From NCBI GenBank assembly GCA_964463965.1, contig CAYXED010000009.1:479-64478 (forward strand): a stretch of 64,000 nucleotides of DNA. The letters are read 5' to 3'. This DNA comes from an uncultured Nitrospiraceae bacterium. GTDB lineage: Bacteria > Nitrospirota > Nitrospiria > Nitrospirales > UBA2166. The notes under the pieces are model-generated. The model was not told where the DNA came from, searched no databases, and worked only from the letters and a program-made list of their open reading frames with translations. The position numbers and the translations under genes were made by a program. This document shows positions 55,465-64,000 of this stretch, piece after piece (positions within the stretch are counted from its first letter, which is position 1; each line of letters starts with the position of its first letter).

Positions 55465-56229
55465 TTAGTTGTATCGGTTTAAGCACGCGTTTGTCACGAT
55501 GTTGTTTCTATTGCCTTGTATGCGATAAATTGCTTCTGCTCTCGTACATTCCCAGGTATCAACAGGGTCGTTTTCAGACCATGTTTGAAATAGAGAAAAA
55601 TTTTTGTGTGTGATGATGCCTTTGTTGGGATAGACAGCATCCATATATAGATATGTTCTTGCAATGTCCCCACGAATTTCTGGGCGAGGTTCGACTGTAC
55701 GACGTGAAATTTCGACATCACATGCTCCAAACTGTCTTGCTTCACCACTGATGATGCCCATGGGGTAGTTGCTGCGTCGTCCATTGACTTCTCCAATTGC
55801 AGGATACAGGTTGTACATATCTGCCTGCATCTGTTGAAAAATATGATTTGTTTTTGTAGCACATTTTCGTCCCTTAAAAGGAGTACCTCGCTTGTTACGG
55901 CATTGTGAGTGGCCATCTTTCCATTCTCTCAATGAGTGTCCAAATGTATGAGCAGGGACAACATGCTCCCACTCTATTCTGTGTGCACGGGCTGTATTCT
56001 TTTTTGGAACATATCCACATTCGGAAAAATGAGGTGTCTTGTCTTGAAAGGAACATCCACAATAGAGAGTGATGGCGTGTTCTTCATATATTTTTTGAAG
56101 AAATTTTTTCGATTGTAGAAATGAAGTAATTTTTGTGTTTTGAGCCATGACAAAAGGTGTGAATAGGATAGCTGGAAGCAAAAGAAACAAAGTCGATATG
56201 ACATGCTTTGAAAAAAAATGAAAACGCAT
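55465..56229 (-). CDS. endA: Periplasmic endonuclease I
   Basis: TLYCGC, RIEWEHVVPA, DMYNLYPAIGEVNGRRSN, RGDIAR and IQGNRN. Confidence 0.93.
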   Translation of the reverse strand: MRFHFFSKHVISTLFLLLPAILFTPFVMAQNTKITSFLQSKKFLQKIYEEHAITLYCGCSFQDKTPHFSECGYVPKKNTARAHRIEWEHVVPAHTFGHSLREWKDGHSQCRNKRGTPFKGRKCATKTNHIFQQMQADMYNLYPAIGEVNGRRSNYPMGIISGEARQFGACDVEISRRTVEPRPEIRGDIARTYLYMDAVYPNKGIITHKNFSLFQTWSENDPVDTWECTRAEAIYRIQGNRNNIVTNACLNRYN

Positions 56230-56294
56230 TGTCAGTCAGGCAGTATTATGTTTGGTATGGATAATCAGTGATGTAAGGTTTTTTCATGCAGCGA

Positions 56295-56540
56295 TTACCC
56301 AAGAATATGTAAGGCTACATATGGGGAAAGATTAAAAATAAATATTATGAGCTTGTATTGTCCCATGAGTGTATAGTGGACTACTTCAAAATCTTTCTTT
56401 GAGACCTCTTGGAACCATTTACGGTGAAACTGATAGACCCAATCTTTTGCTAGGGTAAACATCAGAAACCAATAAAACAATACAGCAATATTTATTGCCG
56501 TACACCATCCTAATGTTTCATGAAGAAGCTCAAGGGTCAT
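56295..56540 (-). CDS. Small membrane protein (DUF6868-like)
   Basis: LGWCTAIN...H.KWF...HY..MG.YK..I..FN..PY.AL. Confidence 0.7.
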   Translation of the reverse strand: MTLELLHETLGWCTAINIAVLFYWFLMFTLAKDWVYQFHRKWFQEVSKKDFEVVHYTLMGQYKLIIFIFNLSPYVALHILG

Positions 56541-57429
56541 GAGTGTCAGTGAGTTTTTGTGGGAGACGATTTGTAGTAGTAATGTGTGTTTGTTCGGCGC
56601 CCTGTTTGTACCAATATAAGGCTTTCTGAAGGTCTTGGGGAAGTGCTGCTCCTCTCCTGTATATTCCGGCGAGTTTAGTTTGTGAATTCACGTGGCCAAC
56701 TTCTGCTGCTTTTGTATACCAATTGATTGCTTGGGTAATGTTTCGTGGCACTCCATTGCCAGATTCGTATATCATGCCTAGGTTGTAGTTGGCATTGGGA
56801 TCTCCAGCTTCTGCAGCCTGTCGATACCAATGTATTGCGTTATCAAGGCTTTGCTCTAGACCGTCCCCATACTGGTACATCACCCCGAGGTTGGTTTGTG
56901 CACTTGCGTGGCCAGCCTCTGCCGCTTTTAAGTACCATTTGGCAGCTATTGTATGGTTTTGTAAAACACCTTGTCCGTATTCATACATCCAGCCAATGTG
57001 TACTTGTGCCTCTAAATCACCAGCGGCTGCCGAATTTTCCCAATACGACAAGGCAGTCGTGTAGTCCTTCCGTTGATATGCTTCGAGTCCCCTCTGATAG
57101 GCGCTATTATTAACGGTTGTATCTTGTGGCGTTGCTGTAGGGGGCATTGCAACTGAGGGGGGCTTTTCGACATCAGTTCCCATCTTAAATTCACACGCAG
57201 TGTTAAACACAATGAATATAGAGAGAAAAAACTTCACAAGTAGGAGTGTATATTGGTTCTTGATTACTTGGCATTTGATGGAATATTGGCAAAAGGTAGT
57301 GCGTGGAAAGGTATGAGGATGCATGGTGGGCTGCCAACTCATCAAGAATTCCACTATTGCAATGCCATGAAGTTTAATTTTTCTATTGTGCTGATGTCCA
57401 TTCGTGAGCAAGCTGCTGCGCTCTTTCAA
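56530..57429 (-). CDS. Sel1-repeat lipoprotein
   Basis: About 4-5 Sel1 repeats and a lipobox-like NTAC. The true start is probably downstream of 57429. Confidence 0.82.
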   Translation of the reverse strand: MKERSSLLTNGHQHNRKIKLHGIAIVEFLMSWQPTMHPHTFPRTTFCQYSIKCQVIKNQYTLLLVKFFLSIFIVFNTACEFKMGTDVEKPPSVAMPPTATPQDTTVNNSAYQRGLEAYQRKDYTTALSYWENSAAAGDLEAQVHIGWMYEYGQGVLQNHTIAAKWYLKAAEAGHASAQTNLGVMYQYGDGLEQSLDNAIHWYRQAAEAGDPNANYNLGMIYESGNGVPRNITQAINWYTKAAEVGHVNSQTKLAGIYRRGAALPQDLQKALYWYKQGAEQTHITTTNRLPQKLTDTHDP

Positions 57430-58654
57430 GCTCTTCCTTTGACATTTGTTTTGCTACTTTATCTCTGGCTTCAAGGGCATGAGACCTTATAGATTTAGTA
57501 GTTGCAGCGGCTGCGGCAAGGTTATACCACTTATGAGATTGTATGGGGTCACCGAGTACTCCATTGCCTTTGTCATACATGACTCCAAGGTTGAACTTAG
57601 CTCTTGCATGCCCAGCCTCTGCTGCTTGCGTATACCATCGTATTGCCTCTTCAAAGTGTTGAGGAATTCCTTTGCCTTGATCATACATTAAGGCAAGATT
57701 GAATTGCGCGTGAGGGTGCCCTCCCCACGATGCTTTGCTCCACCAATGTACGGCTTCTACGAAATCTTGGAGTACACCTCTCCCTTCGTGGTACATCCCT
57801 CCAAGAGCTGATTGCGCATCCCTATCGCCGGCTTTTGCCGCCGTATGTACCCAGTGAGCCATTTCCTCAACGTTATATTGTGCGTCCTGTTTTTTTTCGG
57901 TCAGGAGGGCAAGGTTTAGTTGTGCGGTTCGATTGCCAGCTTCTGCTGCTTTACGATAGTAGTGCTCTGTTTCTTCAAGATCTTTTGGGGATCCCTGTCT
58001 AAGAGCATACATTACGCCAAGTAATGTTTGAGCCTCTTCATCATTTGTTTTTGCAGCTTCATGTATCCAGTGTACAGCTTGTGAATCGTTTTTTGATGTT
58101 CCTAGAGCGCTTGCTTGCATTGAAGCAAGCGCTCTCATGGCTCTTGTATCACCAGTTTGTGCAGCTTGTTTATACCAGCGAGAAGCTGAGAGATGGTTCT
58201 GAGGAACTCCCCAACCTTCAGCATACATTTGTCCCAGATGGTAGCGGGAAGCTGCATTCCCATTTTCCGAAGCTTTTAAGTACCACTGGATTGCTTCTGC
58301 ATAATCTTGTGTTATACCACGTCCTGTAGCATAGATTTGACCAAGCCTATATTGAGCACCTGCATGGCCGGCTTCTGCCGCTTTCGTGTACCAGTGGGCT
58401 GCTTCTTTCTCATCGTGTTTCACCCCTTCTCCTGTAGAGTATAGTAAGGCAAGGTTATATTGGGCATTCACATCACCTTCTTCCGCAGTGTTTTCAGTTT
58501 CTGAAAATGATGATAGCGTATCAGTGGGGGTGGGAGCACCTGCACATCCTAAGAGAAAAACCATAGATGTGAGTAACAATAGCGTGCTTAAATATGTATG
58601 TGTTTTCAGCCAAATGTTGTTATGCGACTCTGTTAATGATAATGTCCGACCCAT
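57383..58654 (-). CDS. Sel1-repeat lipoprotein
   Basis: GGAGG RBS, lipobox LLGC and about 9 Sel1 repeats. Confidence 0.9.
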   Translation of the reverse strand: MGRTLSLTESHNNIWLKTHTYLSTLLLLTSMVFLLGCAGAPTPTDTLSSFSETENTAEEGDVNAQYNLALLYSTGEGVKHDEKEAAHWYTKAAEAGHAGAQYRLGQIYATGRGITQDYAEAIQWYLKASENGNAASRYHLGQMYAEGWGVPQNHLSASRWYKQAAQTGDTRAMRALASMQASALGTSKNDSQAVHWIHEAAKTNDEEAQTLLGVMYALRQGSPKDLEETEHYYRKAAEAGNRTAQLNLALLTEKKQDAQYNVEEMAHWVHTAAKAGDRDAQSALGGMYHEGRGVLQDFVEAVHWWSKASWGGHPHAQFNLALMYDQGKGIPQHFEEAIRWYTQAAEAGHARAKFNLGVMYDKGNGVLGDPIQSHKWYNLAAAAATTKSIRSHALEARDKVAKQMSKEELERAQQLAHEWTSAQ

Positions 58655-58793
58655 CGAAACACCTCCATGAAGGGTAGAGTTGAGCCTGCTGCCATCTCCA
58701 TAATAAATTAATCAATAATCTTTGGAAACCAATATGGCAATTTTTCTTAGGCCTGTGTTATTACCGAAGAGAACTTGAGAGGTATATATCAAA

Positions 58794-59372
58794 ATGAAAT
58801 TCTGGCTGTTACTCTTCATTATGCTGTTCGGGGTTATTGGGGTATCTTTTGCACATCAACCTATATTAAATCAACAAATAGCCATTGATGTTGCCACACC
58901 TTATGTGATTGAAGAACCTGAAATTTCGAAAGCGATATTTTCTGCACTAGGTGGAACCCCTCACTATTACCAAATTGTGGCCGACAAAGAATTCCAATTT
59001 TACGCTGGAATTACGGTTCCGAAAATTGATGGGTGCAATCATTTTACACGGGTTTCTTTGGCCATTTTGGATGAAAACTTACGTCCTATTCAAACACTTG
59101 ATGGAGAGGGTTTTCAGTGGTGGGAGTGGTATGAAGAGTTTGGAAAGAAATGGTATTGGATCGGTCCTGAGTACGGACATGGTTTTAAAAGTACGCGAGC
59201 ATTTTCCCCTGGAACGTACTATATTAAGGTCTACAACGATGGAAATATAGGGAATTATGCCTTGGCCGTAGGTGATATTGAAAAGTTCACTCCACTGGTT
59301 ATTTTTAAAATGGTTTTCACACTGCCAAAAATTAATAAGAAGTTTTGGGATGAAGTAACCTGCGGCGACTAA
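58794..59372 (+). CDS. Secreted hypothetical protein
   Basis: Signal peptide ending in SFA with mature N-terminal HQP; PEISKA, YEEF, GTYYI and YALAVG.IE.F. Confidence 0.72.
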   Translation: MKFWLLLFIMLFGVIGVSFAHQPILNQQIAIDVATPYVIEEPEISKAIFSALGGTPHYYQIVADKEFQFYAGITVPKIDGCNHFTRVSLAILDENLRPIQTLDGEGFQWWEWYEEFGKKWYWIGPEYGHGFKSTRAFSPGTYYIKVYNDGNIGNYALAVGDIEKFTPLVIFKMVFTLPKINKKFWDEVTCGD

Positions 59373-59438
59373 GATATGCCTTTCTAGCATGCTGGAGCTC
59401 TTAGGTTTCCCCTGATGGTTTTCCAATGTTTATTTTGC

Positions 59439-60311
59439 TTACTGGGCCCCAATACTGGTTTGTAGGAAATTAATTACGTCATCCCAATAGATGTCTCTAA
59501 TTTCAAAAAACAATCTATGTCCATTGTTCTCAAACGGGGGGTAAAGAGTCAGGGTTACATCTTTCTCTGCCGCTCTCAATGCATCTTCAACATCGCGAGA
59601 TAGCTGTACATGGTTTGCTGGGAATGTGTCATTCTCCGAGACGTAGAGGCTTGTAGGCGCCAAAATAGGAGAAACGTCTATGAGTGTTTCTTGTAAGGTT
59701 GTAATTCCAGGGGCGGGTGCAAAGATGAGGATGGCGTGGACATCTCTGGGTTGTGCGATGGCGGCTTGCAGAGTCAAGAGTCCTCCACGGGAAAATCCCA
59801 TAATTCCAATACGACTACGGTCTGCTTTTTCATGAGACCGCAGAGTGTCGAGTCCATCTAGAACCTCATCAAGGTGCCCTGCGAGTGGAACAGTTTCTGA
59901 TCGTTTTTCTGAACGAGCTAGGAAACCCTCTTCTGCCAGTGCCATGCAAGTGCCCCTCAAGTCTCCCCCGACAGCTGTACCAAGACCGCCGTGATTGTAG
60001 AGGACACTAGGAAATGGGCCCTGACCAGAGGGCGTGCAGACATACGAGCCATCATCAAGTTTCGTTACTGTAAAAGAGACTTTAATAGAATCCATCCCAA
60101 CTTCTTGATTTTCAGAAGCTGGGATGGCCGGTATAGGCGAGGGTATAGCTGATTCATTAGAGTTTCCACAAGCATTCAGGCAAAACATGCTTGTAAAGCC
60201 AATGCAGAGGAGTTGTATTGTGCGGACAACTTCAGATTGGGCCTCTATCTTCAAACAGGTGATCTCGTTCTTATGGGCCTGCCAGTAAGTCAAGATTATA
60301 GGGGCCAGCAC
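59439..60311 (-). CDS. Alpha/beta hydrolase (dienelactone hydrolase-like) lipoprotein
   Basis: YNHGG, GFSRGG nucleophile elbow, END and GH; lipobox LNAC. True start is probably near 60230. Confidence 0.82.
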   Translation of the reverse strand: MLAPIILTYWQAHKNEITCLKIEAQSEVVRTIQLLCIGFTSMFCLNACGNSNESAIPSPIPAIPASENQEVGMDSIKVSFTVTKLDDGSYVCTPSGQGPFPSVLYNHGGLGTAVGGDLRGTCMALAEEGFLARSEKRSETVPLAGHLDEVLDGLDTLRSHEKADRSRIGIMGFSRGGLLTLQAAIAQPRDVHAILIFAPAPGITTLQETLIDVSPILAPTSLYVSENDTFPANHVQLSRDVEDALRAAEKDVTLTLYPPFENNGHRLFFEIRDIYWDDVINFLQTSIGAQ

Positions 60312-62277
60312 CCTGTGTTGGTAATATGGTCACCTGGGCGATTGTTTCTTCACTGAGTTCCACGGTGCAAGTTGCCGGTGAGGTATTGCTTTCGCATATT
60401 TCAAGTGGTTGTCCAGTCAATAAGTCAGTGATTGCAAGATCAAAATCTGCTGTAGATGCATGGGTTAATGTGATTGTTAGTTGGGTATTTTCACGGGCTG
60501 TTACGCGGTAGCTATCTATATCTCCAGATGTTTCAAGTGTACCCGTGACAGTAATGCAAGTGGCTTGGCGTAATCCTCCGATTTTTTGAGGATCTGCTGC
60601 TGATGTAGGCTCTTGTTCAAGACGCCATGTATTTTTTTGACAATTGCGTCTATTGACTCGATGAACAAGAAGATTATTGTTTTCATTCTCTTCTGTAATA
60701 GAATCTTCATTGTCAATAGTAAGAAGTACAAATTGACTTGTGAGTGGGGGAAGATCTTGAAGACTTAGCTTCACTTTGAAAGGACTCTCTGAAATTAGTC
60801 CAGAAGTGGAAATTTGTTCTTCTTTGAGAAAGCCATCATTGTCATCAAGAATGCGGTCATTGGAGTGCCAGACCGAGACTGTAAAGCGATCTGTTGCTGT
60901 GATTGTCTGTCCTAAATTTCTAATGCGGAGCTTCATGTTTAGTTTGTCTCTGGTAGCATTTCTTTTGTGAGTCACCTTCGTTAGTGTTGCTGTTAGATCT
61001 GGTTTTCCATCTGACAAGTCGTCCAAAGTGACGTCTGTTTCTATTGTCCCTATTTCTCCTACACTCTCTTCTGTGCTGAGTATGCTGATAGTGTTGTCAA
61101 TGACGTTTGTCACATAGAGCTGATTCCCATCTCGAGTGATCCCGATATCGCCGCTGACATGTATTGTTCCGGTCTGGACAGAGGAGAGCACCTGTTGAGA
61201 AATTAAATTGATTGCCGAGACAACACCATCAAGGCCTAGTACGTAGGCATGAGCGCTGTCTGGACTAAAAACTGTTTTGACAGGGGTTCCCAGTACTACA
61301 ATAGGGCTACTGACTGTGTCATCAGTAAGGTTAATGATATGGACAGCCTGTTGATTAGTAGGGCAGCTGGGGCAAATATTAAAACTATTGGTTACAATGG
61401 CACGAGTGCCGTTTGGTGTTAGGTTGATACCTGCAGCGCCAATTCCAACTGGTATCGTCGCAATCACTTGATTCGTGCTTGCTTGGACTACAGTGACTTT
61501 GCTTTCAAAAAAATCGCTATCAACTTCTCTAGATAAGACATAGACCTTGGCCCCACTTGGTGTGATTGCAAGATCTAATGCGACAAAAGATGGGTTGGTG
61601 TTTGTTCCAAATAGTGAGATGGTGGTGATCAATGTTCTGGTGGTCAAGTCAATTATCGAGACGAGGCCGTGTGATCCTAATATGTAGGCACGTCTACTGT
61701 CTGGAGTAATTGCGATATCAGTAGCTTGATCTCCAAATGGTATTTCAGTAGTGACTTGGTTGGTTGCTAAGTCTATTATGTGTATCGCTTGTGCTCTAGT
61801 TGGACATGAGTTAAGGCACAGTTTAACGTCATTTACTACGACGGCTAGAGTGTTGTTTGGCGTGATGGCAATTGCACCAGGGGCTAGCACAACTGGTATT
61901 GTGCTAACCACTGTGTTTGTTATTAAGTCAATTACCGAGACTGTATTATCATCAAAATTTGGAATGAGTGCGTGTGTGCCAGTAGGTGTGATGGCAACAT
62001 TCACAGGCCCAGCCCCAACTTGTAGTGGAGTAATGATTGTTTTATTGATTAGATCTATGATTGAAATTGATCCATCAACTCTGTGAGTGACGATTGCACG
62101 TGTAGCATTTGGTGTGATAGATATTTTTGTAGGGGCATCGCCTACGGCAATCGTCTCTACTACCGCGGTTGCTCCAAAGGCAAATACTGGTGTGAAAAGT
62201 AGCAAGAATAGGCTAAAGGCGAATATGAGTATGGGATGCTTGCTTGTCATCATTTGGCTCTTCCCTCTCTCCCTCAA
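60271..62277 (-). CDS. YVTN beta-propeller + CARDB-like + PPC-like secreted protein
   Basis: Repeated IAITP.G..A.V....VSVIDL.TN.V...IPV; KPDLT...IDNEDSITEENENNN; GTLETSGDIDSY. Likely start near 62253. Confidence 0.85.
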   Translation of the reverse strand: MRERGKSQMMTSKHPILIFAFSLFLLLFTPVFAFGATAVVETIAVGDAPTKISITPNATRAIVTHRVDGSISIIDLINKTIITPLQVGAGPVNVAITPTGTHALIPNFDDNTVSVIDLITNTVVSTIPVVLAPGAIAITPNNTLAVVVNDVKLCLNSCPTRAQAIHIIDLATNQVTTEIPFGDQATDIAITPDSRRAYILGSHGLVSIIDLTTRTLITTISLFGTNTNPSFVALDLAITPSGAKVYVLSREVDSDFFESKVTVVQASTNQVIATIPVGIGAAGINLTPNGTRAIVTNSFNICPSCPTNQQAVHIINLTDDTVSSPIVVLGTPVKTVFSPDSAHAYVLGLDGVVSAINLISQQVLSSVQTGTIHVSGDIGITRDGNQLYVTNVIDNTISILSTEESVGEIGTIETDVTLDDLSDGKPDLTATLTKVTHKRNATRDKLNMKLRIRNLGQTITATDRFTVSVWHSNDRILDDNDGFLKEEQISTSGLISESPFKVKLSLQDLPPLTSQFVLLTIDNEDSITEENENNNLLVHRVNRRNCQKNTWRLEQEPTSAADPQKIGGLRQATCITVTGTLETSGDIDSYRVTARENTQLTITLTHASTADFDLAITDLLTGQPLEICESNTSPATCTVELSEETIAQVTILPTQGAGPYNLDLLAGP

Positions 62278-62510
62278 AGTGTTGACTACGCGTTTTTCAA
62301 TGTCGACAATGTATTGCCTCTTGGTCGCTATAAAACTGAATAGGAAGGCAAAATCCGAGCCAGCGATGAGAGTATTGTGCCCATTGCCCGAGTAATTGAA
62401 GTGTCGTACTTCAATATTATTGTCGTTGTGAAGGAGGCTTGGTCATAGACGCACATTCGTATCCTAATAGATACAGGGCGTATCCTAATGTTCCTTGAGG
62501 CTTTTATCAG

Positions 62511-63663
62511 TTGAGACACCCCATTATATATGATTTTCGATTTATTAGGGCTATGTTTTTTTGTTTTTTCGTGATTGTTTTAGCGAAGACTGTTTTTCTA
62601 TGTGCAATAGCTAGTGCATCAGAAATAACTATTCGCCTTGATAATCCTCCTGAGACTGGAACCATTATTTTCCTATTATTTGATTCGGCTAATACGTTTA
62701 CTGATTATCGTGATGCGGCGGTCATAGTGACCGAAAGTATAGTTCCCGGGAAGGTTTATCTTATTGATAATGTGCCATCGGGTGAATATGCTTTAATGGC
62801 ACACTACGATGAAAATGAAAATGGGGTTCTCGACAAAAATCTTATAGGAATTCCCACAGAGTTTCTTGGTTTTTCCAATCGGTATGAGCCAAAAGCTCCT
62901 CCGAGTTATTCTCGTGCATCATTTGTGCTTTTAGATAAAGCTCCTCAGCACTTTGACGTTAAACTGTATCGTCCCTTAGGTAAATTGGGTCGTGTGGGTG
63001 TTGGTGTGGGTGTTATTGCGCGGAGTAGTCCCTATCGAGACTCTACTGAAGGGGTGTTTCAACCAATTCCCGCAATTACATATATCGGTGATCGTGTTCA
63101 GATTTTTGGTCCTAAGCTTCAAGTTGGGATATTAGGGAGTGGGAGGCTTCGTCTTGCAGCAACAGGGAGATATCGAGTTGGGGTGTATGAGGAAGATGAC
63201 AGCAGTTTTCTTGTGGGTATGGGGGATAGACAAGACACTTTTATGGGGGGGGCTAGCATTAGAAGCAGAGTTGCCAGGGGGCATTGATCTTTCGGTTAGT
63301 TATGAGAGGGATATCCTAGATCAAATTGGAGGGAGTGAGGCTCGAGCAGAGCTTGATAAAGCTTTCCAGTTTGGAACGATTACGTTTTCTCCGGCAACTG
63401 CTGTGAATTGGATAGATGAAAGTTTTTCAAATCACGATTTTGGGGTTTTAGAAAGTCAGTCAAGAATAAACCGTCCAGCTTATGCTCTTGACGATATCTT
63501 CAGCGCTGAAGGGGGTTTGGGAATATTACTCGAGGTTACTAGTGATTGGTTGATTATCGTGGATGCAAGTGTAGAGTTTTTACCAGAACAAGTAACTAAG
63601 AGCCCTATTGTGGGAATGGGCTACGTTGTGAAAGGGTTTGCTGCCATCAACTATGTGTTCTAG
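62511..63663 (+). pseudogene. DUF2141-MipA/OmpV fusion split by a +1 frameshift in a G8 run
   Basis: GEYAL..HYDENENG.LDKN.IGIP.E..GFSN (DUF2141) is followed by a MipA-like barrel. Removing one G from 63245-63252 gives ...TFMGGLALEAEL... through to the C-terminal YVF. Confidence 0.8.
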
Positions 63664-63771
63664 GGCTCTGCCTATAAGATATTCGGTTTTTGAGGGATAT
63701 GCCCTGCTGTTAGAGATATTTGTGGGGTAGTGCTGGAAAAAGAGGCCTTGTTTGGAATCGTACAAATAACA

Positions 63772-64000
63772 TTATTCGATAATGATTTTTACAAATGCTG
63801 GACTTGTGAAGTAGGTCTTCATTACTCGTTTTACGTCGTTTGTTGTAACTTGCTTGAGTTGCATGGGAGATGGTGGTATCCAATTAGGATGTTCGGAGAA
63901 TAACTCGTTCAAACCAGTCCTGTAAGTCTGATTAATTCGTGTTAATTGGCGCATCAATGATCTTGCATTTCCCGCGTTGACAACTCGCTGGATGGTGCTG
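63772..64000 (-). CDS. C-terminal end of a probable M16 (insulinase-like) peptidase, 5' partial
   Basis: Frame is open to the window edge; LKQVTTNDVKRVMKTYF is typical of M16 C-termini. Confidence 0.55.
   Translation of the reverse strand, partial: STIQRVVNAGNARSLMRQLTRINQTYRTGLNELFSEHPNWIPPSPMQLKQVTTNDVKRVMKTYFTSPAFVKIIIE

Noticed and set aside
1208-63765. Numerous 60-170 aa ORFs nested in or antisense to long genes
   Set aside because: Shadow ORFs without motifs or RBS.

Overview
Gene-dense bacterial window, dominated by secreted, lipoprotein and outer-membrane genes. The gene content is suggestive of Nitrospirota, but that is an inference only. No rRNA, tRNA, CRISPR array, integrase or transposase was recognised. 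(1) About 0.7-25.7 kb is an extracytoplasmic hydrolase locus: M14 carboxypeptidase, a metzincin with two inserted 7-repeat propellers, two trypsin-like proteases, a Zn-phospholipase C/P1-like protein, a caspase lipoprotein, four LPP20-type lipoproteins (one with DUF4384), a frameshifted signal-peptide-bearing Hcp and a small protein resembling an AB5 B subunit. Six of its proteins share the helix [VT][RK]xxAxxAxxxLxxE[LI], the best candidate here for an undescribed docking or assembly system. (2) 25.7-31.3 kb: cytidylyltransferase, ECF sigma/anti-sigma pair, response regulator, a surface protein and gdhA. (3) 31.6-47.9 kb: a TlpA-DUF4266-DUF3570-ApbE flavinylation module split by an insertion, two DUF2946/RAPP-like leader ORFs, two HTH_17 copies and metal-uptake genes. 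(4) 48-64 kb: small beta-barrel paralogues, modular CARDB-like proteins, Sel1 lipoproteins, endonuclease I and a G8-frameshifted DUF2141-MipA gene. All family calls come from motif recognition by eye; no database search was run.
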